64,000 nt of DNA, taken from positions 106,640,001 through 106,704,000 of the forward strand of contig OX597815.1 of NCBI GenBank assembly GCA_951406725.2, written 5' to 3'. Shown in pieces: positions 29,795 through 43,796 of the stretch. This DNA is from Octopus vulgaris (lineage: Eukaryota). The translations under genes were made by a program, and so were the position numbers. Position 1 is the first letter of the stretch. Every line of letters starts with the position of its first letter. Below the pieces are notes generated by a model that saw nothing but the letters and a program-made list of their open reading frames with translations, did not search any database and had not been told where the DNA came from.

Positions 29795-30796
29795 TTCGCA
29801 GCCTCACAGGGAGATTTCTATTATATTTATTTTCAGAAAACATTCCATTTTCTCTCAAATCATAACCCTATTGTCTGTCAAGAATGGAAATAGATAATGA
29901 CAGAAAGCCGAAAAAGAATAAATATTAGCAAGACAGGCATGAAGTTGGAAAAACAGTGGTGATGACAGTAAAAGAAAGATTCGAAAGTATGTTTGTGTGC
30001 CAAAAAACTGATTTTTTCTTCCTCTTTTTCTGCTTTACTCTCTGGAATATTACTATAGAAAGAGATAGAGTGACATGCATGAAGAGAGAGAGAGAGAGAG
30101 AGAGAGCGAGAGGAAGAGAGAGAGGGAGGAAGAGAGAGAGGGAGGAAGAGAGAGAGAGAGGGTGAGAGAGTGATGTTGGTTTGTTTTATCATCGGTATCT
30201 CCTATGACAACTTTTTAAAACAGTTTGTGGATTTCGATGATTTGATGTTCTAAAAACAGTATCTAAATCATTATTTAATAGCATCCTACAGTCTAATGTG
30301 TGCACATATACATGCTCGAACTAAAGAGCCTTTTTATGTTATCTAAACATTCCGGAAATAACAACTAAATCATGCCCTGTTCTCTTATATATGTATACAT
30401 GCATGATCATGGTGGTGGAGGATCTCTATATGTTATGTAGACAACATAGCAATCAAATCTCTGTATTCGCAAAATAATTTCATAGAAAGGTAGACACACA
30501 CACACGCGCGCGCGCGCGCACACACACACACACACGCGCGCGCGCACACGCACACACACGCGCGCGCGCGCACGCACACACACACGTATGTATGAAACAA
30601 CGAGGGAGATCTTCATATTTTAATTAAATCGAATAGAAATAGCAGTCCCAACTCCCTCAAATCACACGTTACTGTCATACTGTTGTCATACTGCATGTAT
30701 GAGCCAACAAGAGAACCCTATATATATATTAGCGCTGATAGAAATAACAGCTAATCTTCTTAAAATCACATTTAATACTTTACGTATTTATATATG

Positions 30797-30829
<33 letters not shown>

Positions 30830-31119
30830 CCAATAAGGGAAGGCTCAATGCTGTAGCTCGACCTGCTCGAAATTGTAACTAACTCATCCTCCTTTAACAA
30901 CGACTCATATATGAATATATATGGGATTCTCTTCAAATTACCAAAACCCGCTAGCAATAACATCCAAACCATCAGACTACACCCTACTGTTTTACGTAAT
31001 GCGTATTTATATGGACTGAAGAGGGCGGCCGACCACTATATAGTAGCGAGAGCTGATGGAAATAGCAGCCAAATATCAAATGAAACCATAACTTAGACAC
31101 TCTGAATTTGGAACAACAC

Positions 31120-31370
31120 TTAGCTTCAAAAATATGTCCTATGATCTGGGTGTTACAATTATGCCAAGAAAATTTGCAGTGGACAATTGTTTTATTACCA
31201 GAATATCGCAGGAGCCATTTGTGATTTGCCATTTGAATTTAAAATACTTCTATTTTCAGTCAGACCTAGCTTCACTTTGATCATCAATAGATCTCAAGTA
31301 AAAATCAGCAGATTACTGAATGATATTACTTTGGTACAACAACGGGACAATACCGAATACCCCTGCAAGT
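31120..31370 (+). mobile_element. Helitron relic: PIF1-like helicase C-terminus and probable 3' end
   Basis: Translation DLPFEFKILLFSVRPSFTLIINRSQ matches the Helitron motif DLPFEFKR.QFPVR.AFA.TINKSQ. It is followed by a decayed GC-rich hairpin and GCAAG (CTAG-like) at ~31345-31369. Confidence 0.65.
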
Positions 31371-33009
31371 TTTAACATAGAAATACACACGCATGTGAAT
31401 GTATGCATGTTCCAAGTTATAAGCCACAGTTTGGTACCGAGGCACCAATTACTCATACAGAGTAATAATGCAAATTAGTACAATATTTCGAAAGAAAAAT
31501 GCGTGTTTTCCCAAGAATGGAGTTAAATGTTTGAATAAAATTTTATTTCAGGATCTATGCTTATTTTTATGTGCATTTTTAAAGATCTACTCCAACCTTC
31601 TACTGAATTGCTTGGATGCAACAATAATTAGGGAATAAATATTTCGAAGCCAATTGAAGATTGCCATTACATATATATATTTTTAAAGTTATGGCCGGTC
31701 AGAGAGTGACCATTGGTTTCGCACCTATAATCTCTCTACGTGGATGTAGAGAGGTTATGTGCTTTCGGCCATTTGAGTTTGACGAATCGGCTATACTGCT
31801 AAGCGTTTATTGGTGCAAAACCAATATTTTTAAAGTTATATATTCAAGATATATTAAATTCATTTTATTTGTTTTCGGTATTCCTAAATCTGGGTAAGAC
31901 CGGGAAATGCAGCTCATTCTTATTATTTATTGTCATTTAAATTAAATGGTTTCTTTGACGATTTTGTAGATGAGTGTTCCAGTTATTTGGTCAATTGAAA
32001 TACCTAATTATTGATCTAGCTAGTCATAATGACTGCGTATTTCACAAATATGTGTACATTTTACTTTAGCGTTATCCTTAAGTAGAATCAGCGTGGTATG
32101 GAGTGTGATAAAGCAGGCTGTTAAATGGACTTGAACAGTGTTTCAATCAGTCCAGTTTTACTCGCAAAACTTTGGTCAACTCGACGCTATTGTAAAAAAT
32201 ATTTTGGAAAAAAAAAAATCATGAAGAGCAATCGAGCCCAAAACTTCATGATAGTGAGGCGAACTTCTTAACCATTCGTTTACACCTGCACACATTGATC
32301 TGTAATGTTTATGATGGTATACACGATAAACAACCAAAATGTTAATCAACTTTTCAAATATTAACCAGCGAGAGATATAGATAAAACCCCACTCAAGTCA
32401 AGAACTTTCTGTGATAGGAAAAGTACCTTTCAAAGCTCGGGCTTTCTTTTGTGCTGTTATATCAGAGAGCTATCGAGATGGGAAATTGACCCCTGTTCGT
32501 ATGGGGCTAGAGGTCTACTTTATTACTTGGAGAAAAGATGACTGATCGACGTAGTCTGGAATATATATTTCGGTGTCATTTCTTTCCGAGTTTAAATCAA
32601 GCCGGTTGTGATTTTATATACCGTCCCATAGGTATCAATAAAATAGTTTGATGGGTGGCTGTCCATAGAAAAGAAATGAATGCCATAAATTCCAAAGCAT
32701 AGAAGTTTTCGTTAAAATAAACTTAAGTTTTAAACTAGAATCTCTCCATTTACTAATGACTAAATTGTAATAAATAATTGAAAGGAAAACAAATCAGAAT
32801 GGTATAATTCAAATTCTCTCTGCATAATCGATTCAAGAAATGGCCTGCATTCTACTTACCACTCGTGCAAGTTTCTATAATTTGGCAAAATACTTTGAAA
32901 GAAAGTTAACCAAAGATTTTCTTTTGCATATGGAACAAATAGAAACATGGAAATGCTATTTTTTCTAAAGAAAAGGTAAAAACTATCAAGATATTTTCAA
33001 ATAACAAAC

Positions 33010-33040
<31 letters not shown>

Positions 33041-33889
33041 ACACACACATTCGACTATGTAAGAAATAAATGAATGACAAAAACAGCTATGCAAATAAAT
33101 ATCAAGTATATTTCTTCAATTAAAATGAAAGAAAAGCAAAATTGATAATTTTGAAGAAAATATCCAGTCAGTTTTATTTGATTTATTTTATGTTCATTTA
33201 GAATCAATAAGATGAATTGGCAAGAAGGGAAGTAAAGAAGAATTTCTTCTTTTAATCATCACCTGATAACTGTTTGTTTTCACTTTGTTTTATAAAATTA
33301 TATTTTATAATTAGATTCTTCTCTTTGATTACTCCAATTATAGAGTTAAAATCATCATTGTCAATATCATTGTCAACTACGAACAAATAAGGAAGTCTGT
33401 ACATGGATACTAGAACTGCAAGAAAAAGCAGCTATCTTTTCCCTCTAACCAAACCACATCACCTTAAAATAGAACAGCACTGGAAATTATGATTCTACAA
33501 ACGCTGTTTGAAAAACAAAACGGGATGGTAAAGGCTGGAATGCCTTGGCCATCCCATAGGGTGTTTTATCACAGGCAACATGCGGTAGAATGTGAAGGAA
33601 ACTGTCTGTATGTATTGTATATCGGCGATCACTGGAGTATACAAGACAAGCTCAACATTAATTTCATTCCTATGAAGATATTTTGGTTTTCCTAAGTATC
33701 CGCTTAGTTTTGTGAAATATTTGACACTTAACACCTGCAATGTCTGATTTGTATTCGGGAGACTAAAAATGTTTCCTTGTTACTCTATCTAATACCAAAT
33801 TGCGATTTAGCACAAATTAATATGCATTGTTAATGATACAGGCGAATTCAAAGACCCAGTTTTCGACAACGACATTACTACTACTACTA

Positions 33890-34095
33890 CTAATCCTTTC
33901 TACTATAGGCACTGAAAATTTTGGGGAGGGGACTAGTCGATTACATAGACTCCGGTTTTTCACTGGTACTTAATTTATCGACCCTGAAAGAATGAAAGGT
34001 AAAGTCGACCTCGGCGAAATTTGAACTCAGCGACTGGCGAAATACCTCCAAGTATTTCGTCCGGCGCGTTAACGATTCTACCACCTCGCGCCTTA
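33890..34095 (-). mobile_element. Meta-domain SINE, reverse orientation
   Basis: Plus strand ACTGGTACTTAATTTATCGACCCTGAAAGAATGAAAGGTAAAGTCGACCTCGGCG is the reverse complement of the family core. Confidence 0.85.
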
Positions 34096-34394
34096 AACTA
34101 CAACCAATGATAAGTTGATATTTTATTTATACAGTTAATAACTTTAGAAAAGGTATGATCATCACCTCATCTAAAGTTATAGCCTACTACCTAGATAAAA
34201 AAATATATATATAATCAATATCTTATTTTGAAAATATCGTCCCGCTTTTTTCTGTCCTTTTCTCTCTTTTGTCGGCTTGATGAGTCAGCATGAATTGTCA
34301 TAGTGACGGGAAACAAATTACTAATCGCCCAATATATCGATCAGACCATGACGCTTCAATTTTCTAAGTATTATTATTAAGAGGACAGCAGAGG

Positions 34395-35570
34395 AATGGG
34401 ATGGCAGAATCATTAGAGTGTCGGGAAAAAAAAATAATAAACAACGTTTCACTGCGTTTGTTCTGGCTGATTACACTCTGAGTTCAAATCTTGCCAAGTT
34501 CAGCGTTACCTGTTATTCTTTCAGGGTCGTTAGTATAAAGTCACAGGCAAGTATTAGAGCCAACGGAATCGACTAAACCAAGCTCATCAAAATTACTGGT
34601 TTTGTGCTTAAATCAGAAACGTTAAAATGTATCTAGAAACTGCAAGGCGGTCTTTAGGTACAGTCGTTAACATTCTGAATTCAAATCACGCTGAAGTCAA
34701 CTTTACCTTTCATTCCTCTAGGATTGATAAAATACAATATCAGTGAACTACTGCTGTCAGTTTAATCAATCATTCCCTACCCTCAAAACTGTTGGCCTTC
34801 GCCTAAATTAGAAATTACCGAAGGCGTTAAGCTGGCAGGATCGTCAGCAGTATTTGTTTTGTCATCCATGGCTATGGATCCATCTTTCACTGAAGCCAGT
34901 TTTTCCTTTTCATCCTTTTGAAGTAAATAAATTTAAGCACTAGTCAAGTAGTGGGTTTGATATAATCGATTATTCCACAGTTGGGGGCTGTGTAGATGTA
35001 AGAAATCGCTATTGTTAAGAGGAATTGGGGATGGCGGAATCAGAAGGGTTTGGACAAAAAAAATGTTTACTTCTGATTATTCTAATGTTGATAAAAGAAA
35101 ATACCACTAATGTAGCCGGGTGGATTTTATCGAGTGTATACTCTCCCAAACATGTGTGGTCTTGTGCCCACTTCAGAAATCATCATTATTCTCAAGGGCA
35201 TGGTGGATGGCAGAATCAATTGGAGAAAATGCTATGTAACATTTACTTACGTATGAGCAGTGGATGGAAGAATTAATAGAGTTGGCGGTGTAGCGGACAA
35301 AATTTCTCAGTCATCTTTCCAGGATTGATAAAGTTACTAGTTTCGTTTAATCGAATTTACTACTCCACCAGGTTTGAGGTTTGTGCCTGTGTTAACTATC
35401 AATATTATTAAGATTAGGACTGCGGATTGTTTCGCCGCGGTCTACTTTGCTTTTTATTCCTCCGAGGCTGATAAAATAATAAGTACCTGTCAAATGTTTG
35501 GGTCAATGTAATCTATTACATTGTCCATTAAAAAATTGTGGCCTTGTGCCTATGTTAACAATAATTATTA
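34395..35570 (+). mobile_element. Head-to-tail cluster of about 6-7 degraded Meta-domain SINEs
   Basis: Repeated TGGCAGAATC heads, CTTTCAT/GATAAAA cores and CTTGTGCC tails roughly every 150-220 bp. Confidence 0.65.
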
Positions 35571-36444
35571 TTACTGGAGCAATATACTTTGCAAATCGTA
35601 CGGGGGGGAGTTGTATTGATGCTGATGGTTCTGTTCATTGTTGGCTGGCAAAGGATGTTGGGATTAGAGTGATCACTACGATGATAATTCTGTTTATGAA
35701 TTCTGTAGCTACGGAAGGGGTGTCCATATGTATACGATGTTTGTGTTTGTGACTGTGTTGGCAGTTGCATTCAAAAAGAGAAAACATTGTCGATAGTACG
35801 GAGAATATATTAACAAGTATTAAAACAGAAGTTATGATGCAATAAACCATACTAACAGAACAATTACTACTTTGTTGACGTGAGCATTTTCAGAAAGGCC
35901 ATCCAGTGAGCATAATAACAACTTACAAACACAGGAAGAGATTACTGTTACATAAAATGAAAGTAAAAACATCAAAAGAAAAAAAAATAACTCTATAATA
36001 GCTTAAGTAAAAAAAAGTAATTAAGGAAGCAAATGTTCTTCTGATCCTTGATACTGCTATAATGGCACCATATAGAACGATAATATTATATTTTATAAAA
36101 TGGAAGCATAATACTTTAGTGAAAGAGAAATGGAAAGTTAATATATTCCATCAATTCCCAAAGATTTTATGAAATAAGAATTGCTTTACCACCTTAGGAA
36201 TGGAAGCCAAGCTGTCTATTATACTGCATTATTATTAGTATCCCTGATTTTTGTTCCTTTTTCCATAATGAAGAGGTGAATTTTTTTAGAGCCCTGTCAA
36301 AGTGAAACTGCATAAAAAATATGTCTCTCTTTTATTACAAACTTCATTTGTAAACATTAATTTGACATTGATGAAACCATTAATCCAGATACGTCTTTTT
36401 CAATCCTCTTTCTTTTCTCTTTCCATCGTTTTCTTTCCTTATTC

Positions 36445-36480
36445 CTTTCTGTAGAAGACCGTAAGCCCGAAATGTCAAAG
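36445..36480 (+). ncRNA. Degenerate minimal hammerhead motif (same family as 5756-5790)
   Basis: CTTT-CTGTAGA-AGACCGTAAGCCC-GAAA-TGTC-AAAG. Stem I (CUUU/AAAG) is kept, but core A6 and stem II are mutated. Confidence 0.4.
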
Positions 36481-36599
36481 ACTCTTCCATTTTTCCTGAA
36501 CATTCAGTAATACACCCTGTTTGTTGTACCCTCGCCTGTCTCTGTCATCTGCTTTTTGTTTTTGTACGATTTTGAATAACACCCCCACAACCACACCCC

Positions 36600-36675
<76 letters not shown>

Positions 36676-37292
36676 ACATACATACATACATACATACATA
36701 CATACATACATACATACATACATACATACATACATACATACATACATACATACATACATACATACATACAATAGAACAAATTTCAAGCACTCTACTTTCG
36801 AATATGCGCTTACATTGCTTTATTTCAGAGACTTTAAATATCTACTAAAGATTTAGCAATTCGTTGTAAAAACCCAATATTTGTGATTTATTTCATTTAA
36901 TTGCTGTTACAAAACGATCATTCAGTAAAAAGTAGCTAATAACATTAAAATGCAAACTGGCTATGATTCGGAAGAGTGAAACAGTGTTAAATGCAGATTG
37001 CCTACGGTAAGGGGAAACGGTAGTTGGATTGGATTTTCTTTCCTAAAGAAGAAAATTACTTAAGATAGAAAAAAAAACTTCTTCCTACTATAGGCAAAAA
37101 ACCTGAAATTTTGAGCAAAGGAACTAGCCAAATACTGACCCCAGTTTTCATGAAGCCCGAAGGAATGCCACTAAGCATTTTTTCGGGCGCAGTAACGATC
37201 CTGCCAGCTCGTCACCCTGCTTGATACGGGAATTATGAAGCTTATAAACGTCTTAGTGATATAAAAACTAATGTTATTGTATGTAAATATTA

Positions 37293-37503
37293 AGCTGGCA
37301 GAAACATTAGCACGCCGGGCGATATGCTTAGCGGTATTTGGTCTGTCTTTATATTCTGAGTTCAAATTCCGCCGAGGTCGACTTTGCTTTTCATTCTTTC
37401 GGGGTCGATAACTTAAGTACCAGTTGTGTACTGGGGTCGATCTAATCGACTGGCACCCCCCCCAAAAAAGAATTTCGGGCATTGTGCCTAGAGTAGAAAA
37501 GAA
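37293..37503 (+). mobile_element. Young full-length Meta-domain SINE
   Basis: AGCTGGCAGAAACATTAGCACGCCGGGCG...GAGTTCAAATTCCGCCGAGGTCGACTTTGCTTTTCATTCTTTCGGGGTCGATAACTTAAGTACCAG...GTGCCTAGAGTAGAAAAG. Confidence 0.88.
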
Positions 37504-38311
37504 TATTTAACGATAATGTTAATATTCTCTCTACTAAAGGTAGAAGGCTTGAAATTTTGGAGGAGGGGGAGAGTCAATTACATCGATCCCGAGTATATCA
37601 ATGTATTTATGGCACAAGCAATAACATTGCTACAACTAGAAGTAATAGGAAAACAAGTGTATTGTGCTATCAAATTACTTGCTTTAAAGGAATTAAACTG
37701 ACGACAGTAAAATAATTTTATATCGCATGCGAAAGTTAACAACTGATAGACCACCAGATTTATCATTAGATTATAAATGGTATTATCAATGTGGAATTTT
37801 CCAGCGAGGAAAAAGAATCAGAAAACAGTTTCCCCTCATTCCCTCATTACTTTTTCTGTTTGAAATGCATGGACGGGAAAGTTACGTCGCGAGGTTATAC
37901 CACTTGTGATTGATTGTTCGGATGGAAAAATGGCTAAAAAGTTAAAAAGCTAATTTAAAGACAGTTATCTTAACTCTATGATCCTAGAGTTCACATGTTG
38001 AGACATAAGGCAACGTATATTTTATTTGAAATTCAATCATTATCGGACAAAATAAACGAAGTATTGTAAATTGATTAATTTCTTTAGGTTAAGAATTAGA
38101 CAGCATCATTCATTCAGATGTTGTTTATTCTTTGTCAAATAAGAAGGTTCTATTTCAAACTTCACCTATGCTACATCGAAATAAAAAGTTCTCAGAAACC
38201 AAATAAACAACTAGAAATCTAATTGTCAGAGCTCCAGTCAAACAATTCTATCTTCATTGTTAAGTTTAAATGCTATTAAGACTGACAGATTATATATGTG
38301 AAGGTAGAATA

Positions 38312-39183
38312 CGAGGTATGTTTATAAAGTATCCGACTCTATTTTCCTGCCAAAACTAATGCCGCTTGGGCAAAATGTTTTGGGTGGGAGGTGACTCCAT
38401 CATTCCAGCGCATGTGTGAAAATTTGCAGGTGGTGTCAGTTCTTGGCTGTTACACCTAGAGTACAGACGTGTAGTACGTGCACCTCGGATTTTCGTTTTC
38501 ATGGAAGTTGACCGAACGCATCGAGCAGAGACCATAAATCTATGTCTCGTTGGCAGTGAGAATGGTCATCATGAAGCCTGGGCCTTGGTTTGTACACTCC
38601 AGCATGTCTTGAGCGATTCCCTTGCGGAGGTGCTTTTGCTACCCCGCCAACACTTTGGGAACGAATTTCGCCGACACTCAGCTTGCACAGATCCTCTGTT
38701 AAAATAGAACCCACTGATTCTGTGTTTATTCCCACTTCGTGGGCAATTTCCTGGATTGTTACACGAAAGTCTTGTGTGACTATTTGCCGAACCTTCTCAA
38801 TCGGCTCCTCATTTCGGCTTGTGGATGGCCTGCTTGAGCGTGCCTCATTCTCTGCTGAAGTGAGGCCACGTTTGAAGCAATTCTGCCACTCCTTGATCTG
38901 AGTTTTGCCCATGACATCATCTCCAAAAGCCTGCAAAATATTTTGGCAAGACTTGATGCAATATCTCTGCTCGATGCGTTCGGTGAAAATGAAAATCTGA
39001 CGAGTGCGCACTAAATGTCTATACTATAGGCGTAACACCCGGGAACGACGCAGTCTATAGGCGGGAAAATGTTCATGCATGCGCAGGAAGGGTAGCGTTT
39101 GTCTTCCACTCAAAGGATTTTGTTCACGCGGCATTAGTTTCGGCGGGAAAATATTAAGTCGGATACTTTTTGAATGCACCTCG
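38312..39183 (-). mobile_element. Non-autonomous mariner derivative (872 bp) with two 5' ends, TA TSD
   Basis: TIRs CGAGGTATGTTTATAAAGTATCCGACT / AGTCGGATACTTTTTGAATGCACCTCG flanked by TA. Minus ORF 38499-39011 is a transposase N-terminus (EQRYCIK, FGDDVMGKTQIKEW, RSSRPSTS, RVTIQEIA). Confidence 0.88.
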
Positions 39184-40234
39184 TAGTCTCCGCAAATACT
39201 GAAATCGTGTAGGTTTCGTGCGTTTAGACGTTGTCCGAGGAATAGTTAAAATATAAACGAGCAACCAACGAAAAGGAAAGTATATAAATATTGACATATA
39301 GCATTAGCACAAGGCTATACACTTTGGGGAAAGTAGAGACGATTAAATCGTCCCCTAGTAATTGAATGCTACTTTATGTAAGCGACCTTCCCACAAAATG
39401 AAAGTCAATATTGATCTCAATAAGATTTGAACTTAGAGTAAGTATTAAAAACGCAATGTTGATAAAATTCTTAATCAATACTATGATGGTCGTCTTTGTA
39501 ATACAGAAATTGAATAGCTTATTATTTATGCATTATCCACCATCTTTGTTTTAATTTATTTTGGTCGTAAAGTACAAATATTGTTGTTAAAAATAGCTTC
39601 CCCCTGCAACTGGCCTTGAGTTATCAAACAAAATGAAATTTACTAAAACTAATCATTGTCTTCAATCCATAATATATAATAACACTTGCTTCAGGGCAAT
39701 ATTCACATGCGAAATATAACTATAGTGATATGTATAGCACCATCTTACATGCAGATTTTTTGTAGTTATTGAAATACTATAACTGTTTTATTTATTTGTT
39801 TATTTCTTTATATTTTACTTTCACCGAATGGGCGCCTGTTCCATATATTCACTAGAAATGGCAATAATTATTTTTGAGTTGAGAACACGAATAATAGCAT
39901 TGTCAGCAAATCAAATGTACTACCAACTAATCAGTCAATCTTCAGAAAAATTGCAAACCTACACGTACATGTTCTAAGAATTCGCTTTACAACCACCTGA
40001 TCCCTGGTTCAATCCCACAAGTCGGTACATTGGGCGAGTTTAACTCCGTTATAAGCTTCAAACAATCGATCAATTTGTGAATGATATCTGATATATATAT
40101 ATATTGATAAAAATGATAAGATAACAAAAGAATGAAAGAGACCTCGATATTATCTGAATATATACACACACACATGCACACAAATACATTTACATACATA
40201 CACGCACAAACACACATACACACGTACACATCCA

Positions 40235-40320
<86 letters not shown>

Positions 40321-40326
40321 CACATA

Positions 40327-40540
40327 CGAGGGGAGCTGGAAGGTTCCTGATTTCAAGGGTGTTGCGAAAGGCCTGGCTGGAGGCCCAACCTTCCGAGTCT
40401 TTTTACAGAGTTTAGAAAAACTGAAGGACCGCAGCAATAAGGGTTTGAATCTGAGAGGAAGTATGTTGAATACAATCATAATTGACAGATCCTCCTGTAT
40501 ATTCTTTTACTCAAAGCCAGGAACTTTTCAACACCCCTCG
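40327..40540 (+). mobile_element. Mariner MITE (214 bp) in TA context
   Basis: TA-CGAGGGAGCTGGAAGGTTCCTG ... CCAGGAACTTTTCAACACCCCTCG-TA. The interior retains the transposase last codons (LEKLKDR.NKG.NLRG.YVE). Confidence 0.85.
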
Positions 40541-40614
40541 TATACACAGACACAGACACAGACACACACATTCACACACATATTTGTGTGTGTGTGCGTG
40601 TGTGTGTGTGTGTG

Positions 40615-41065
40615 TACCTTTGTGTCTCTGTTTGTCCCCTACTACCGCTTGACAACCGGTGTTGGTGGGTTCACCTGTTTGTAAATTAGCGATTCGGCAA
40701 AAGTGACCGATACAAGTACTAGGTTTAAAAAATATAAAAATATACTACCGCCAACCCATTCGACTAAGAATTCTTCAAGGCGGTGCTCCAGCATGGCAAC
40801 AGTCTAATGATGACTGGAACAAGTAAAAGATAAAAGATATATTTATATATGTATGTATATGTTTGTGCGTTTGTCTTTGTTCCCTCCACTATCGCTTGAC
40901 AACCGATGCTGGTGTGTTTACGTCTCCGCAACTTAGCGGTTCGGCAAAAGAGACCGATAGAATAAGTACTAGGCTTACAAAGAATAAGTCTTGGGGTCGA
41001 TTCGTTCGACTAAAGGCGGTGCTCCAGCATGGCCGAAGTCAAATTACTGAAGCAAGCAAGAGAAT
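40615..41065. mobile_element. Two adjacent copies of the third SINE-like family
   Basis: CGCTTGACAACCG...TTCGGCAAAAG.GACCGATA...AAGTACTAGG...GGCGGTGCTCCAGCATGGC occurs twice. Confidence 0.8.
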
Positions 41066-41124
41066 ATGATAATACTTTTATTTTAGTTGTTTACTCTATT
41101 TTACCCTTGTTTATACTCTTATAC

Positions 41125-42155
41125 ATTCAAAGTTCATAAATTTCCAGTTGAAATTCTGAAAGCAGATGGAGATCATATTTCATCTGAATTTCATAACCTG
41201 ATAACTCGAGTTTGGAATGAATTTTCTGTGCCACAAGAATGGATAAATGGCATTCTAATCTCTGTATACAAGGGTAAGAGCCCGAAAGCAGTGTGTAGTA
41301 ATTCTAGAGGGAGAACTCTTCATACCGGGAAGATAATTTCAAGGATCATGTTAGATCGTCTTGTTGGGAATGTGTCCATATGTGATTCCTGAAGAACAGT
41401 GTGGTTTCAGACCTGAGCGAAGAACAATGGACATGATATTTTCTGTGAGGCAGGTTCAAGACAAATGCTTAGAGGAATAAATGCCACTATACCAGGTCTT
41501 TATAGATTTAACTAAGGCATTCGACACGGTAAAGAGGGAGGCACTGTGGATTGTTTTGTGTAAACCTGGTTCTCCAACACATTTTGTAAGCATCTTTAAA
41601 GAACTACACAGGAACATGAAAGCTCAGGTAGTCTTTAATGGGGAGCTATCTCATCAAATTTCGGTGGACAACGGTGTCAAACAGGGAGATATTCCTGCCT
41701 TTATAATTTTCTCTATTTATTTTGCTGCATTACTTTGGTATGCTTTCAAGTATTGCAACAAGGGAATTGAAATCAGATTTCGGACATCTGGTGGTATTTT
41801 TAACTTAACCCGGTTTGACTGCAAAGCAAAGACTTTCAAAATACTTGTTAGAGAATTGATGTCGATTTGTTGGCACACTCAGAGGGGGAAATGCAGCATT
41901 TAATGGACAGACTTTTCCACTGCATGTATACATTTCGGACTGACAATTAGTTTGGGGAAAACCAAAGCAATGTTTACTACCGTGCGAGGACAAACATTCT
42001 GAACCAAACATGTTTGTAAGTGGAACAATGGAACAAGATTAGAAGTCGTTGACATCTTTGTTTACCTAGGAAGCATACTGTCAAGAGATGGTAGTCTTGA
42101 TGCAGAGATATACAATCGAATAAGGAAGGGAAGTGTTGCATTTGGAAAGCTTTCA
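41125..42155 (+). mobile_element. RTE-clade LINE reverse-transcriptase fragment, degraded
   Basis: VPQEWINGILISVYKGK, EEQCGFR, FIDLTKAFDTV, NGVKQGD, FGLTIS..KTK, YLGS, KGSVAFGKL motifs with stops and frameshifts. Confidence 0.9.
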
Positions 42156-42255
42156 TCCTTTCATCTGATGGTATGTATGTATATACGTACGTACGTATGT
42201 ATGTATGTATGTATGTATGTATGTATGTATGTATGTATGTATGTATGTATGTATG

Positions 42256-42286
<31 letters not shown>

Positions 42287-42450
42287 GCGAACATGGGCCT
42301 AGGCAATTCAAATGTTAGGTCATCTAAGAGAGATATTGAATTCTTGGTGGTGTATACCAACTTGACCAGGTAGCCGATGCTATGACATTCTCTCAGAGTA
42401 AAACTGAAAAATAAATGGCAACAGGAACATCATCATCATTATCGCCATCG

Positions 42451-42488
<38 letters not shown>

Positions 42489-42489
42489 G

Positions 42490-42690
42490 ACGGTGAGCTG
42501 GTAGAATTGTTAGCTCGCCGGGCAAAACACTTAGCGGCGTTTCGTTCGCCTTTACGTTCTGAGTTGAAATTCCGCCGAGGACATCTTTGCCTTTAATCTG
42601 TTCGGGGTCGATAAAATAAAGCACCAGTTGAACACTGGGGTCGATATAATCTATTTATCCCCCACCCCGCTTGTGACAAAATTTGAAACC
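42490..42690 (+). mobile_element. Meta-domain SINE after (ATT)n
   Basis: GGTGAGCTGGTAGAATTGTTAGC...CTTTGCCTTTAATCTGTTCGGGGTCGATAAAATAAAGCACCAG. Confidence 0.82.
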
Positions 42691-42864
42691 AATATTATTA
42701 TTATTAATGTTCATTGTCGTAGCTGAACCTGTTTCAGTAACTCGGTACGAGCAAGTTTGTGTATGTTCTCCTTCCAAAGTGCGTTTGTCAGTTTTATTGT
42801 TTTATCTTGTGTATGTCGTATATATGTGTGTGTATTTATCAACTCACACACACACACGCGCGCG

Positions 42865-42913
<49 letters not shown>

Positions 42914-43090
42914 CAAGGCTAATGTAAATATACAAGTTCAGAAATGAGATAAATCGATTCTATTGACTGGTATTTTAGCAATCTCTTTGGAATTAAAGAC
43001 AAAGTTGACCTTGGTGTCATTTGAACCAGAAAGTGAAGACCCGTAATTAAATACTGCTCTAACGATTCTGTCAGTCCACCGTCTAAGTAT

Positions 43091-43165
<75 letters not shown>

Positions 43166-43567
43166 GTGATAACGATGATAATAATGATGATAATAATAAT
43201 GATAATAATAATGGTTAGATTCAAGGTTAACATTTCCTGCTTTGTGAATAATAAACCGATTCGGTTTAATATCATTATATTAATAAAGGAGGATCGTAAG
43301 CTTCCTTTTCTATCAGCAAGTTTGGTTAACAATAACGTCAAATACAGAAATATCGTTTGTAAGGCTTCAGTTGATGATGGTGATGATGACATTGAGATGA
43401 TTATACGCGCAGAAAAAATCAATCTTTCTGGTTAGTAAAAATGTCTGTGCTGTGATGGAATGATGACGATGACGACGACGACGACAATGAGACGGCGACA
43501 ACCGACGACAACGATAGTATTGATGATGATGATGATGATGATGATGAAGAAGAAGATGAGGATGATG

Positions 43568-43605
<38 letters not shown>

Positions 43606-43765
43606 AACGAGAATGAGGATGATGATGATGTCGGTGATGTGATACTGAGGACGACAATGGTGCTATTGATGACGGAGATGTTAATGGTCGATGATTTTGA
43701 TGATTAAGAATGGCAGATATATTTTCGAAGGTTGTTTAAAAGAACCTTTCCATCGTTGTTTATAA

Positions 43766-43796
<31 letters not shown>

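Noticed and set aside
43212-43435. ORF segment PIRFNIIILIKEDRKLPFL resembling a Penelope RT KLPFLD motif
   Set aside because: A single short motif with no flanking RT similarity, embedded between microsatellites.
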